A DNA stretch of 63,917 nucleotides, counting the filler, from Octopus bimaculoides (Eukaryota): NCBI RefSeq assembly GCF_001194135.2. It is 3 parts of 3 records of this genome, joined end to end, with 100 filler letters (N's around TTAATTAATTAA, not from the genome) between each part and the next. Parts side by side here need not be neighbours in the genome. Positions count along the whole stretch, not along the records: positions 21,590 to 38,625 come from NC_068999.1; 2 more parts are not named here. The stretch is one strand, 5' to 3'. Positions 22,900-36,599 of the stretch are shown piece after piece (position 1 is the first letter of the stretch; each line of letters begins with the position of its first letter). Position numbers and translations under genes: made by a program. The notes below the pieces were generated by a model. It was not told the origin of the DNA. It did no database searches and worked only from the letters and a program-made list of their open reading frames with translations.

Positions 22900-23230
22900 C
22901 TCCACACTGACCAGATTTAGCGCCTTCAGACTGACATCTTTTCGGCGCCACGAAAGCGGTTTTGAGAGGCAAACATTATTCCAGTGACGAGGAAGTGAAA
23001 GCTGTAGTGAAGAAGTGGCTCAAAGAACAGTCAACAGAATTTTTACGGAGCAGGGATACATGCTCTCATTCGAAGGTGGAACATTGCTATTGAGAGAAAC
23101 AGTGATTATGTTGCGAAGTAGGGATGTGATCCACAGAGGACGAGCTTCATTTTGATATATGATACATGTTCCTGTGTTAGTAATTATACCTGTCCTAAAC
23201 AAAAAGGCTTTACTTATCGACTCACCCTCA
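22900..23230 (+). mobile_element. mariner transposase 3' fragment with right terminus
   Basis: PDLAPSD*HLFG...GKHYSSDEEVKAVVKKWLKEQSTEF..AGIHALIRRWNIAIERNSDYV (YSPDLAPSD-type motif); ends ...gactcaccctca followed by TA. Confidence 0.85.
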
Positions 23231-23460
23231 TAGATAGATAGATATATAGATAGATAGATAGATAGATAGACAGACATTTTATTTAGTGAAGGATGGAAGC
23301 CCAAAAGAATCTACATTGGGTATCGCATTATCCTTTTGCAAGACACATTTTTATTAAATCTAATTTCAATAGAACATACGAGAATGTTTACTGTTTTCAG
23401 AAAGGATCATAGCAAAGTCTTGTTTTCTTCAAAATAACTATTTCTTACAAATACTAGCGT

Positions 23461-24530
23461 CTTATCTTCTTCTTCTTCTTCTTCTTCTTCTTCTCCTTCT
23501 TCTTCTTCTTCTTCTTCTTCTTCTTCTTCTTCTTCTTCTTCTTCTTCTTCTTCTTCTTCTTCTTCTACCTATCGTACATTTCTAAGTGACATTTTACTTT
23601 TCTTTTTTTTTCCTTTTTTTATTCTTTCTTTCTTTCTTTCCATTTTCGTATTACTTATTTAATAGAAAATCGATTCTTGTTTGCAGGACAACTTATGGCG
23701 AGACGATTGTTCCATAGAAAGCCGAATCTTGTTTACCAAACAAATTAGGTTTTAATTAGTGCTATATAAAAACATTCTCCTGCTGTCACTCTATTGCATT
23801 CTTCTTCTTCTTCTTCTTCTTCTTCTTCTTCTTCTTCTTCTNNNNNNNNNNTCTTCTTCTTCTTCTTCTTCTTCTTCTTCTTCTTCTCCTCCTCCTTCTT
23901 GTTGTTCTTCGTCTCTTCTCCTTCCCCTTCTCCTCCTCCTCCTTCTCTTCTTCTTCCTTCTTCTTCTTCTTCTTCTTCTTTTTCTTCTTCTTTTCTTCTT
24001 CTTCTTTGTCTTTTCTTCCTTTCTTCCCCTTCCCCTTCTCCTCCTCCTCCTCCTCCTCCTTCTCTTCCTTCAGTCATTAATTCCTTTCCTTTTCCTATTA
24101 TTCCTCAATAAATTGCATTCTTATTTTCCTCTCTTTGTTTCGTCTTTTGTTCCACCTTGTTCTACCTTGTTTCTTCTCTTCTCTCTTTCTCTTTTACTCA
24201 TCTTTATTTTCTTAGTTGTTCCCTCTCTTTTTTCTTCCTGGTTCCTTCTCTGCTTTGGATATTGTCACCCTTGTTTGTCATGTTCATTCTTATTTCATTT
24301 ACGTCTCTTTTTATTCCTTTTAATTTCTCTCTCTCTTTATCTCTTTCTCTCTTATTCTTCTTTCTTTCGTTCTAGTTCATCTCTCTTTCTCCCAATTGCA
24401 TGTCTTTCACGCTTTCTTTTCCTTCTCCTTTTTACCTTCTTGTTTCTCTCAAATTACTTCTTGTTCCTCTTCTTGTTCCTCTACCGTTCCTCTCTGTTTC
24501 CCATTTTCTTTTTATGCCTTTCTCGTCTTC
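23461..24530. repeat. (CTT)n / (CCT)n microsatellites and an extended polypyrimidine tract
   Basis: (CTT)n at 23461-23565 and 23797-23885; pyrimidine-rich sequence continues to ~24530. Confidence 0.95.
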
Positions 24531-25048
24531 GGTTTTATCCTGAATACAAATTAAGGCAGAATGACTATTCCGTACGAAAGTAATATCATGTTTTCCGTAC
24601 ACGTGATGGATAAGAGATAGAATTTCAGAGAGACTTAAACAATGTTTGTAGAATAATTGTAACATTATAGCTAAGTAAATCCGCCATTGACAAAAAAAAA
24701 AAAAATCAAAACAAAACAACGAACCAACAAAAAGAAAAGAATACTGGAATCTTGTTTAACAGAGAAAGAAATAATTGATGGACAGATATAGAGGTTCTTG
24801 CTTAGAGTACAGGAAATGTAACCCTTATTGGAAAGGGAAGAGCATTGTACAACCAACACCCATTTTATTTGAATTTAGGCTGTATTTTAAATTCTGTCTA
24901 TAGCCCTTTCGTAACTAGCAGATATTACTTGCCTTCTCTGGAATTTCTTCAATGAGTTTAAATTGCCATTTTCATTTCTGTTAAAGTAAACAGCGCGGAA
25001 AAACTCTGCCTCATCGTTTATTTTGAACGAAACAAAAAGAGAAAATTC

Positions 25049-25266
25049 GGCGAGTTGGCACAATTGTTAGCACGCCGGCCGAAATGCTTAGCAGTATTTG
25101 GTCTGTCTTTACGTTCTGAGTTCAAATTCCGCCGAGCTCGACTTTACCTTTTATACATTCGGAGAGGTCGATAAATTAAGTGCCAGTTACGCACTGGGGT
25201 CGATGTAATCGACTACCCCGCCTCACTCAAAATTTCAGGCCTTGTGGCTATAGTAGAAAGGATTAT
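25049..25266 (+). mobile_element. tRNA-derived SINE family A, near full-length
   Basis: A-box-like ggcgagttggcacaattgttagc, B-box-like gagttcaaattcc, body ggtcgataaattaagtgccag..actggggtcgatgtaatcgact. Confidence 0.85.
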
Positions 25267-26389
25267 ATTTTGTCTGGTGAAAGTCACGTCACATAAAGTA
25301 GACCATGAGACATAAAAATTAAACCAGAATTCAGTCATTCATCAGTTTGTCTGGTCAGGAATTACAGCAACAGCAAAGACAAAACATCGAATGGTAAGAG
25401 AGATTTAAAGAATGAAATTGTTATGGATTGTAATCTTCACATTGGTTAATTTGAAATTTTCCAATTACATTCTAATTAATTATGGTGCAATTACATTATT
25501 CCCAATAGATTATTTATTGAGATCCTCAGCTTTCTGGCAAATCTCACTTAAATCTCAATAAGATGCAAGATATATCTAATGATGTTACTGAAGTATAATT
25601 TGGCCAATCAAAATGGTGACCAGTTGTTGTTGCTGCTGTTGTTGTATTTGCTGATGTTTAACACGAAGTTATGTTGATCGAACCGATGTGTGATGAGATG
25701 GTATCCAACCGTGACCATTCGGACTTTTTACCAGTGTCAATGGCAACATTGTTTGATATATCCTTCTTTTTAACACTATAGGATCTGATACAAAGGGAGA
25801 TATTTTCTTGGCTGTTATTTCTAGCAGACTGAGAAATCACATATGACAACCGGTTGGAAGAAAGGAATTATGGATACTGTGACATTTTTTGTTACGTTTC
25901 TCAACACGCTAAATTCAAATGCTGACATGGTTGTGTTTTGAATATTCATCCCTCAGAGATCGATAGTTCGATATAATTCGCGCCAGTTTTTGCTATGTGA
26001 CGAAGGTAGTCAAATATGTACCTGAAGAGGGTGGGGAGGAAACTAGTGACATCACCTTCAGTTTTTTGTTTTCTATCTTTTATGGTTTACTTGTTTTAAC
26101 CATTGGACTGTAGCCATGCTGGAGCACCACCCTGAAGGGTCTCGTCGATCAAAACCTATCCAGGGACTTAATTTATGAGTCTCATTCACACCTGTTTTCG
26201 ATCAATGTGGAGAAGCAAACATAGACACAAAGAAACATACACACACAAACACACACACATACACACACTCACACATAAACACTCACTGAAAGACACGCAC
26301 AAACACGCACACATACACACATTTCTATGTATGTATAGTTTCTGTTAGACAAATTCTCTCACAAGGCACTGGTGAATCCTATGCTATTA

Positions 26390-26725
26390 AAGACCTCCTT
26401 CAGTCAAGAATGATCATCAGATTGCACCTAGTAAGTTCCACTCCAAGGCAGAAGTCCGGACAAGGTTGTTTATGGAAGACCAGCAGTCACCTGTGCATAC
26501 CATGCCTCCCCTCTCCACTCCACCGATGTTATCCAAGGGAAAAGCAAAGGGGCCGATACAGCTTGGCACCAGTGACGTCGCAACTCATTTCTACAGCTGA
26601 GTGAACTGGAGCAACGTGAAAGTTTCTTGCTCAAGAACACAGCACACAGCCAGGTGCGGGAATCGAAATCACAACCTCATGATTTGTGAGCCCGTCGCTC
26701 TAACTACTTAGCCATGCGCCTTCAC
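26390..26725 (-). mobile_element. tRNA-derived SINE (head gtgaaggcgcatggctaagtagttagagc...gatttcgattccc)
   Basis: A/B-box-like head on the minus strand followed by a body shared with other local copies; no tRNA acceptor stem. Confidence 0.75.
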
Positions 26726-27748
26726 CATGTGCTTCAGAAGGTAACTTTCCAGGTGCAATCCCATGGTAATTCATGAACGATGGCGGTCTTTACCTATACT
26801 ATAGTAGAATACAATTATAGAATTACCCAAGATGCCATGCAGTGAGATTGAACCCGCGTCCACTTTGTTCCAAAGCGAGCTTCCTAACCATAGAGCCTCC
26901 ACAACAACCAAGATAAAGAGTGTCGTTTCAATAGATACAAACTGTTTCTCAATTAATTTTAGCCATTACTTTACAGGGGTAATATATCTAGTGTTGAAAT
27001 GTAGTGACCACAAACAATAACATACTTTATTATATAAGCTGGGTGTGACAGCCGACGACACAATCTAAAATAAATCTCACATTCTTGACAGCTTTGGATA
27101 TGCGTAAGAAATGCTGGGTTTCTACGCTGAGGTCAAGAATACTTCACCTCAGAACATCTGCTACTTTTGTACAAAGGACAAGTAGAGTAACCCTTAAGAA
27201 AATTGCTACTGCCTTTGAGATATTGCAGATAATAACTCTACCATATTTTCTAAATGAATGAAAGGAACTGTCTGTTTGAGTGTCAGGCCCAGTTGTTCTA
27301 ACCCTATGAAGATGCTGACAAACTATTGAGCTGTTTATCGTTTTTATATTTTGTACTATATCATCAATGTATTGCTAGCAAAAGATTTATTACTATATCA
27401 TACAATTTTTGACATAAATCATGGAAAGTTCTCTGTTACTCTTCTCTTTGTACTGTAGGCTGATGCAACAACAGTTAAGCTCAGGGCACCAAAATATTTG
27501 GGAGCAACATAACGATGCATTATCAGACAACACCCTTATATATCTCAGCTGCTGTGACATATTTCTTTGGCTTTTTCTAGATTTCATTAGCACAAGTTTC
27601 AGGATTTAGACGTGTGGTTAAGAAGCCCGCTATGCAACTAGTGGTATCAGTTTCAATCGCAGTGTGTAGAATATTGAGCAAATGTCTTCTAATTGACAGT
27701 CTCTGGTTGACCAACGTCTTGTGAATAAATTTGGTATTTGGAAACCCG

Positions 27749-27801
<53 letters not shown>

Positions 27802-27819
27802 ATAAAATGTAACAGCAAA

Positions 27820-28135
27820 AGGTTGAGTACTGTACAGAGACACGTATCCATAACGTAGTTCTGTGGTAGATGCAGTGTGAAACAGANNNNNNNNNNAGTA
27901 CTCTACAGAGACACGTATCCATAACGTAGTTCTGTGGTAGATGCAGTGTGAAACAGAATGTGACAAGGCTGACCCCTTTGAATTACAGGTACATCTCATT
28001 TTTGCCAACTGAATGGACAGAAGCAACGTGAAATAAAGTGTCGTACTCAAGGACGCAAAGCGGCGCCAGGAAACGAACTCATGAACCTACGATCGCAAAC
28101 CGAATACCCCCAGCCACTGAACCACGTGCCTTCAC
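27820..28135 (-). mobile_element. tRNA-derived SINE (family F-related)
   Basis: Head gtgaaggcacgtggttcagtgg...gagttcgtttcctgg; body tgtgacaaggctgaccctttgaattacaggtac shared with 51600-51640. Confidence 0.75.
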
Positions 28136-28399
28136 AACTACTGAAGTATATACGTACTTCATGAAGAAATTCATGAAGGAAATCCCCGCCTAAAATAGTA
28201 CAGTTGTTTTGCGAACCTTTTATAATTGTTCCAGAAAAAAAAATAGAAAACAAATTATTTTCCATGTTTTCGGAATTATTGGTCTAAAACATTTCATTTG
28301 CTACCGGCGTTTACAAACAATGAATCCTTTATTTCTGGCAGCTATTATAGAAAATGGAAGCAGCCAAGAATCAGCAGTTGTCGTTCTCATCGAACAAGG

Positions 28400-28880
28400 A
28401 GGCTACGATGTCTGGCATACAAGAAACTATATTTAGAGCACGCTGGTCGTTAATATCTTCCGACCTGCCACTCATGCAGTCGGCCAGAACTTCCGTTAGA
28501 TTCGTTCACTGATTTCTCACAAAACTATATCTCTGTTAGCGAATGTCTACGTAAACCATTCAGGTGATTTTAATGTCCATCAGAATTCATTGAAGTGCTT
28601 CTAATATTCACTATTTTATCGCAACATTATTTCAATGTCACGCCGTTATCTTTGGAATACAGTCTTCGGAATTCAGGAAACGATGCTAAGGCGTTGTCGA
28701 CGTTTTATACTGCAGCAACATCGCTAATTGTGAACTACACCCGGGCTACGGTCAACTACTCTTCCCTTCTATTATTTATCGTTAAGTACCAAATCAACTT
28801 ATCAATATCTTTTATTTGACACCACTCCCACGTCAATCACACCTTAAATTATTCCCTAATATACATCGCGTTATCTTTCC
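28400..28880 (+). mobile_element. Highly decayed CR1/L2-like AP-endonuclease fragment
   Basis: ANVYVNHSGDFNVH motif at ~28540-28580; no long ORF. Confidence 0.4.
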
Positions 28881-29148
28881 TTTGCAGAACAAAAATTCTC
28901 CATCGTAAAAGACGTGTTCTCCAGTCATGGGGGTTGCGCCGGTAGAATTCGCAGCATGCGATCTGTACAGGGTACCTTAATTTTAAGTGGATTAACATTG
29001 TTCTTAATCTAGCAGATCTACAAATTTAAATCTAATGTGATGAGTTCATGTTTAATTAGTTCAGAGGTCGGCGGCTATTTAGCTGAGGCGGTCTTGTCTG
29101 TGTATTTATGATTGGATGATAACCAAATGAATAGCACAAAAAATATTG

Positions 29149-29335
29149 ATTTTAGCACAAGGCCAGCAAATTCGGAAAAGTGGGTAAGTCGATTACATTG
29201 TCTCCAGTGTCTCACTGATACTTATTTTATCGACTTTGGAAAGCAAACTTGACCCCGGCCGAATTTGAACTAAGAACGGTCGAAATGCTGCTAAACATTT
29301 TATCAAGCGTGCTTAACGATTCTGCCAAACTCACC
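29149..29335 (-). mobile_element. SINE family A
   Basis: Reverse complement similar to 25049-25266 and 30442-30655. Confidence 0.8.
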
Positions 29336-30441
29336 GGGTTAAACTCCCATCTAAATATATATAATTTTATTTTTAAAGAAACGAATTTTGCCGAAAGAAA
29401 AATACCAGATAATTATCGAAGAACGAAAATCAAATTGCTTATAGTTTATTTCAATAAGGTTTAGTTTTGTAGCTTCTAAAATTATACAAGCAGCAAGCTC
29501 GTAGATTAGTTAGAGCATAGAGTAAAATACAGTGCGAACTTCGTTATTGCCGTCTGCAATTTGAGTTCAAATTACGCGGGCGTCATTTTTGCCTTTCGTT
29601 CTTCGACGGTGGTCTGGGTATCTTTGATTTAAGGTTATCTCGTTTTCTTCATTCAGTCTGGGATCACGGGTAGTGCCTTGCCCTTTTGACGAAATGATTA
29701 AAGAGCGAAGAATCTTTAAGACATAGAAAAACGAATACGATGCATTGCAAGTAGAATACAAACGGTAAATTTAATAAAATTTAAGAAGAAAATTGTTTTA
29801 ATGCATGCAATCAAGAAACCAATGAGAAAGCTGATACAGTTTGTTACTTCATAGCTTTCCTATATTCGCTTTCAGACATGTTGATGCCAAAAGCTGGACA
29901 TTAACCAGATAAGAATCAATCAATTTTGTTCTCAAATGATTCTTAAGCTTCTTCGCTTTTGAAAATAATTACTCCCAGAGATAAATGTTGCCAGGATGTC
30001 AACCTTTTTTCCTTTTTTTGCGTGGATAGCTGTAGTTTGGATACTTCGCACTTGAATGAATATAATTTCTAAACAAGTCAAACACTGACACGTTTTCAGA
30101 ATGAAACTTCGATCTCAGTATAGCGTCATACTGCAAACCAATCAATGGTATTGGTTAATTTGCTGATACGGAATTTGCTTTCACATCAAAAGGTGTAGAA
30201 AACATTCTTTACTTGCAGACATAAATCATTAAAACAAGATGGAAACAAGTTCCATAATTATTGAATAATATTCACAAAAATGACCGAATCCTCTGCTTTA
30301 CTGGATTTCAAAAGTGAGTAAAGTTGTCCAATTACCTTTTTAAAGATGGCTTTACCAAAATAGGAATTTTCCTTCAAGTATCAAAGCTTTTATTAAGCAT
30401 CTTAAATATCAGCCGGTTTCCCTTTATATTATTATTTCGAA

Positions 30442-30655
30442 CGCGCTGGCAGAATCGTTAGCACGCCGAACGAAATGTTTAGCGGTATTTCATCTGCTGC
30501 TGCATTCTGAGTTCAAATTCCGCTGAGGTCGGCTTTGCCTTTCATCCTTTCGTGATCGATAAATTACGTACCCGTGAAACACTGGGGTCGATGCAATTGA
30601 CTATCTCCCTCCCCCGAATTTCAGGCCTTGTATCTTTAGCAGAAAGGATTATTAT
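30442..30655 (+). mobile_element. SINE family A
   Basis: gcgctggcagaatcgttagcacgccg...gagttcaaattccgctgaggtcggctttgcctttcatcctttcg...gataaattacgtacc. Confidence 0.85.
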
Positions 30656-31009
30656 TTCAAACTATTTAAATGAGGTGTAAATTCACCATGAAATGGCAGG
30701 TTCGCAAGCCAATCAGTATCACGGAAACGTGAAGCAGCCGTATTTCTGCTTTCAAGAAATATTAGCACGTCTCTCCTTGCGTTTCCTTTCTCTCTTTCTT
30801 TCTTTCTTTCTTCCTTTCTTTCTTTCTTTCTTTCTTTCTTTCTGTCTTTGGTGGGTGGGGGTAAGGGAGTGGCAACGCAAAAATTTCTAGAATCGATTAC
30901 CTGTTGATTCAACGTACTTCGAAGAAATAATTCAGATTCTCATAGCTTGCTTCCATCTCCAGCAAAGTCTGCTGTAATTGGTGACGATGTAATCTGTGAA
31001 CTGAACGAA

Positions 31010-31208
31010 GGCTGCGAGTCAACAGAATCGGTTGCACGCCTGGCAAAATGCTTAGCGCCTTTACGTTCTGAGTTCAAATTCCGCCGAGTTCAACTTTGCT
31101 TTCATTCTTCAGAGATCCATAAAATAAGTGCCGATAGAACACTGGCGTCGATGTAGTCAGCTTACACACTCCCGCTAGATTGCTGGCTTTGTGCCTATAT
31201 TTTAAGTC
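31010..31208 (+). mobile_element. SINE family A, diverged
   Basis: ttacgttctgagttcaaattccgccgagttcaactttgctttcattcttc..ataaaataagtgcc. Confidence 0.75.
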
Positions 31209-31220
31209 AATCTATGAGCT

Positions 31221-31252
<32 letters not shown>

Positions 31253-31759
31253 AAGAATATTGTTTTCTTATATTGTCGGAGTGACAGATTTTGAGCTTAG
31301 ATCATGGATTTAATCAACCCCTGTATTCAATTCATTTGCCTTGGAAAGAGCATGGGATCTGGTANNNNNNNNNNNNNNNNNNNNNNNNNNNNNNNNNNNN
31401 NNNNNNNNNNNNNNNNNNNNNNNNNNNNNNNNNNNNNNNNNNNNNNNNNNNNNNNNNNNNNNNNNNNNNNNNNNNNNNNNNNNNNNNNNNNNNNNNNNNN
31501 NNNNNNNNNNNNNNNNNNNNNNNNNNNNNNNNNNNNNNNNNNNNNNNNNNNNNNNNNNNNNNNNNNNNNNNNNNNNNNNNNNNNNNNNNNNNNNNNNNNN
31601 NNNNNNNNNNNNNNNNCTTCAATCTCCTCCTCTTTATCTCTGTCTGTTTCACTTACCCTTTCTCTCTTCTTTTTTTCTCTCTGTCTCTCTCTCACCCTCT
31701 CTCTTGCTGTAGGTAGTGCACGAGGATCGCATTGATAGAAATAATAATAACAATAATAA

Positions 31760-31802
<43 letters not shown>

Positions 31803-33234
31803 AATAATAGTAACGATGACATCAAGAACAAGAACAACAACTGTAGCAACAACAACATCATCAACAACAATGAAAAGACAACAATAACGAGATCGAAAAT
31901 AGCAGCAACAACAACAATAATGATAAATAAATGTACAAAACCACTAAAGTGTGTGGTTGAGAAAGAATACAAATAATGGTGGATAAATCAAAAAAATTAA
32001 GAAGTAAAAACGCTGCCATCGAGTATTATTATGATGGGGGCAAGAGTAGCAAGAAGAAGAAGAATATAAGAGGTGAAATATGTGTGTGGAAAGGAAACCC
32101 AAAAGAGTGAGATTGAGTGAATAAAGTTGATGAAGGTTTGGAAGATATTGAAGGAGAGTGATGCGAGAGAAAGGGGCTTTTTACATGTTTGGGAGCGAAT
32201 GGAGAGAACAAACCAAGCAAAGAACCGGCCAGCCAGCCAACCAGCCAGCCAGCCAGCCAGCAAGTGAGCGAGCGGCACGTGACTCAAAAACGCATTGTAA
32301 AAAGCCTCGTTGTTCGCAACGTTCTCTTGTATTGATTTCTATAATTTCTTCCCTTCCTTCGCAAATTCCACCCCGTCCCCCACTCCCCGCACCCCACCCA
32401 CCACCAACATTCTCCGACAAATTAGGGGCTAGAGGGGAGAATTCGGTTTACGAAGGAGTGATGGTGGTGGTGTTGGTGGTGTTGTNNNNNNNNNNNNNNN
32501 NNNNNNNNNNNNNNNNNNNNNNNNNNNNNNNNNNNNNNNNNNNNNNNNNNNNNNNNNNNNNNNNNNNNNNNNNNNNNNNNNNNNNNNNNNNNNNNNNNNN
32601 NNNNNNNNNNNNNNNNNNNNNNNNNNNNNNNNNNNNNNNNNNNNNNNNNNNNNNNNNNNNNNNNNNNNNNNNNNNNNNNNNNNNNNNNNNNNNNNNNNNN
32701 NNNNNNNNNNNNNNNNNNNNNNNNNNNNNNNNNNNNNNNNNNNNNNNNNNNNNNNNNNNNNNNNNNNNNNNNNNNNNNNNNNNNNNNNNNNNNNNNNNNN
32801 NNNNNNNNNNNNNNNNNNNNNNNNNNNNNNNNNNNNNNNNNNNNNNNNNNNNNNNNNNNNNNNNNNNNNNNNNNNNNNNNNNNNNNNNNNNNNNNNNNNN
32901 NNNNNNNNNNNNNNNNNNNNNNNNNNNNNNNNNNNNNNNNNNNNNNNNNNNNNNNNNNNNNNNNNNNNNNNNNNNNNNNNNNNNNNNNNNNNNNNNNNNN
33001 NNNNNNNNNNNNNNNNNNNNNNNNNNNNNNNNNNNNNNNNNNNNNNNNNNNNNNNNNNNNNNNNNNNNNNNNNNNNNNNNNNNNNNNNNNNNNNNNNNNN
33101 NNNNNNNNNNNNNNNNNNNNNNNNNNNNNNNNNNNNNNNNNTATATATATATGATTATTATTATATATATGTACATATAGGTATATATATCTGTCTGTAT
33201 GTATTTATGTACATATGTATGTATGTATGTATGT

Positions 33235-33282
<48 letters not shown>

Positions 33283-33753
33283 GAGAATAGAAATATGCAG
33301 AAATATATAGAAGTTAGAAATACACACATACACACACAACACACACATACACACACAACACACACAGCACATACACAAACTATCGTTATTATTATTCTAA
33401 CCAAAACCAATGGACGACGTGGTTATATAGGAACCTGGCTTCATAATTGCCCTACACTGGAATAATAGTTAAAATTGCATCATTGATAACGCAATATATC
33501 AATCATAAAAACATTTTCTTTCTGCTTCAGCGATATCTTCTAAAACTATTCAGGCAGGGTTTACACAATTCAAAGCATGTTCGCAGCTTATGGGAGTTCT
33601 CTTGATTTTCGCATACGTAATGTCCAATGTTACTGTAAGGTTTTGCATTATATGGTGACCTTCTCCAGGAATCTGAAAGTATAAAGTTTGTGTGTAAGAA
33701 GAAGGCTTTTAGCTGGCTTTTGTCTGAGTAACGAGAACTTCTCTCAGCACAAA

Positions 33754-33792
<39 letters not shown>

Positions 33793-33979
33793 ATACATGT
33801 ATACATACATACATATATACCCAAACATTCATACATGCATGCGCATGTGCGTGTGTGTATGTACGTGTGTCTATGTATGTATGTATGTATGTATGTATGT
33901 ATGTATGTATATATATATATACACGGGTACATATGATATAGGAGACTATATTTATGTACATATATACATACATATACGA

Positions 33980-34020
<41 letters not shown>

Positions 34021-34634
34021 NNNNNNNNNNNNNNNNNNNNNNNNNNNNNNNNNNNNNNNNNNNNNNNNNNNNNNNNNNNNNNNNNNNNNNNNNNNNNNNN
34101 NNNNNNNNNNNNNNNNNNNNNNNNNNNNNNNNNNNNNNNNNNNNNNNNNNNNNNNNNNNNNNNNNNNNNNNNNNNNNNNNNNNNNNNNNNNNNNNNNNNN
34201 NNNNNNNNNNNNNNNNNNNNNNNNNNNNNNNNNNNNNNNNNNNNNNNNNNNNNNNNNNNNNNNNNNNNNNNNNNNNNNNNNNNNNNNNNNNNNNNNNNNN
34301 NNNNNNNNNNNNNNNNNNNNNNNNNNNNNNNNNNNNNNNNNNNNNNNNNNNNNNNNNNNNNNNNNNNNNNNNNNNNNNNNNNNNNNNNNNNNNNNNNNNN
34401 NNNNNNNNNNNNNNNNNNNNNNNNNNNNNNNNNNNNNNNNNNNNNNNNNNNNNNNNNNNNNNNNNNNNNNNNNNNNNNNNNNNNNNNNNNNNNNNNNNNN
34501 NNNNNNNNNNNNNNNNNNNNNNNNNNNNNNNNNNNNNNNNNNNNNNNNNNNNNNNNNNNNNNNNNNNNNNNNNNNNNNNNNNNNNNNNNNNNNNNNNNNN
34601 NNNNNNNNNNNNNNNNNNNNNNNNNNNNNNNNNN

Positions 34635-34683
<49 letters not shown>

Positions 34684-35217
34684 TATGTATGTACGTAAGT
34701 ATGTATGTATGCATAGTTCTAAAGGAAGAGGGCATTTACGTTTCGTTTGAATGTACTACACTAACTCTTAATTATATACGTGACCTTGTTGTGATCGATA
34801 GATGGATCGATCGCAAGTGAATTTGATCATCGATCATATAATTTACTCTACTAAATAATGTAAAGTAATCCACACGACTTCCTATTGAAGCATATATATT
34901 TTTACCACCATTTATCAAATAATCAATGCCGGTAAAAAGAGACACAGCAATCGCACTTGGACTCCATTTTGCTTTCTCCTTTAGAATAATCGTGCTTCGA
35001 GATTATATGATTTTTAATGTAGCAATGTCTTCAAAAATAAAAAAATGCTAGTTGTTTCAATTCATGAAATGCGTTTTCCTTATAATCATCAAATTTCAAA
35101 ACTTGTTTCAACTTTGGTGTTTCGTATTGTCACTCGGATTAGATATGTTAGGTTCCCTTTGAAGACAATTAAAGCATGACTATTATTATTTCTTCGAACT
35201 TTCTGTCCGGTTTCCAA

Positions 35218-35278
<61 letters not shown>

Positions 35279-35286
35279 CACACATT

Positions 35287-35334
<48 letters not shown>

Positions 35335-36091
35335 CATAAACACACATATGTGGTATTGAATAGCTTCTGACAATAAAAATCTTTCTTGAAATATTTATTT
35401 TCCTTGCTCAGGTGCAATGACTGCACATTCGAACTGCACCAATGAACAATGCACCTCAAAAGAGAACTCGGCTCTTATGTAATTTGCGAAAAATAAAAGA
35501 AAGCGTTCCTTTTACTTCAGATTGTAGATATACACTATTTGGGTGTTTGTGTCTCGTCTATGGCGTTCGTTTTACCCCTCCGTCCTAATCCGGTTTTTAG
35601 TTAGAAATCAAATATTTATCTCGTCCTTTACTTGAGACTTTTACGGTACTTTTATAGCACTGAAATTGTGTTATTAAATGCACCATATTGGAGTGTGTTA
35701 TATAGGTGCAACGCCGCCATGGTTCGGAACACAAACGATCAAAGACTTTTCAAACGTGACAATATGGACTATTTTGCTTGTAGGCAGTGGGTACCTTAAA
35801 TTTTATTGTGTAATAGGGGGGTTTTGGCTTTTATTTCTTACAGTCTGTATGGAGGCAGAATGGTGAGCTTGTGCACACCGGAGAGGAATACAACGTACAA
35901 CATTGATAGGATATATCCTATCAATACTGAAAATCGTTGATGGAAGTGTATTATTATAGTTACTGTTGTTGTTACTGCTACTACAACTACTACTACTATT
36001 AAATCATCATCATCATCGTCGTCGTCGTCGTCGTCATCATCATCTTCATATCGACGTAATCAACCTGCTACGACGTAATCAACCTGATATT

Positions 36092-36181
36092 TTCGTCGCT
36101 TTGAAAGCGCGACCTGTTCACTGACAAAAGATGCAGCACGGAATTTTGTCAGTGAACAGGTCGCTGTCTCAAAGTAACGAA
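36092..36181. ncRNA. Candidate pre-miRNA-like hairpin
   Basis: Perfect 21-bp stem gcgacctgttcactgacaaaa (36109-36129) / ttttgtcagtgaacaggtcgc (36144-36164), 14-nt loop, imperfect basal stem ttcgtcgctttga / tcaaagtaacgaa. Confidence 0.35.
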
Positions 36182-36599
36182 TATATTTTGGCAAATTAAA
36201 TTTCAATGTTGAAGTGAATCTAACGGTTTTTGTGTGTTTCTTAAATGGCTTATAAACACCTTTCACGCTGCAATTGTTCATATATATATATATATACTTT
36301 TGTTATTTACACCACCTGTCCTCGTCTGTTGTTATTATTTGTATATTCTCCCATATATATATATATATAGACACGGTGATAGATTGATAGATAGCTAAGC
36401 ACATAAAGTGACATCCAAATTACATTGATGACCATTATAAATATTCCTAATATATGAAGTCGTTTTTCCTTTCACAGTACAGGCACCCTCACCAGTAAAT
36501 GTTGTTTTAAAATAATCTTATTTTAAGAAACGCACCCACACCATACAACATAGACACAGACAGAAAGACAGACACACACACACACACACACAGACACGC

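Noticed and set aside
23759-24583. 274-aa Leu/Phe-rich 'membrane protein' ORF
   Set aside because: It is the translation of a pyrimidine-rich microsatellite tract spanning an N gap.
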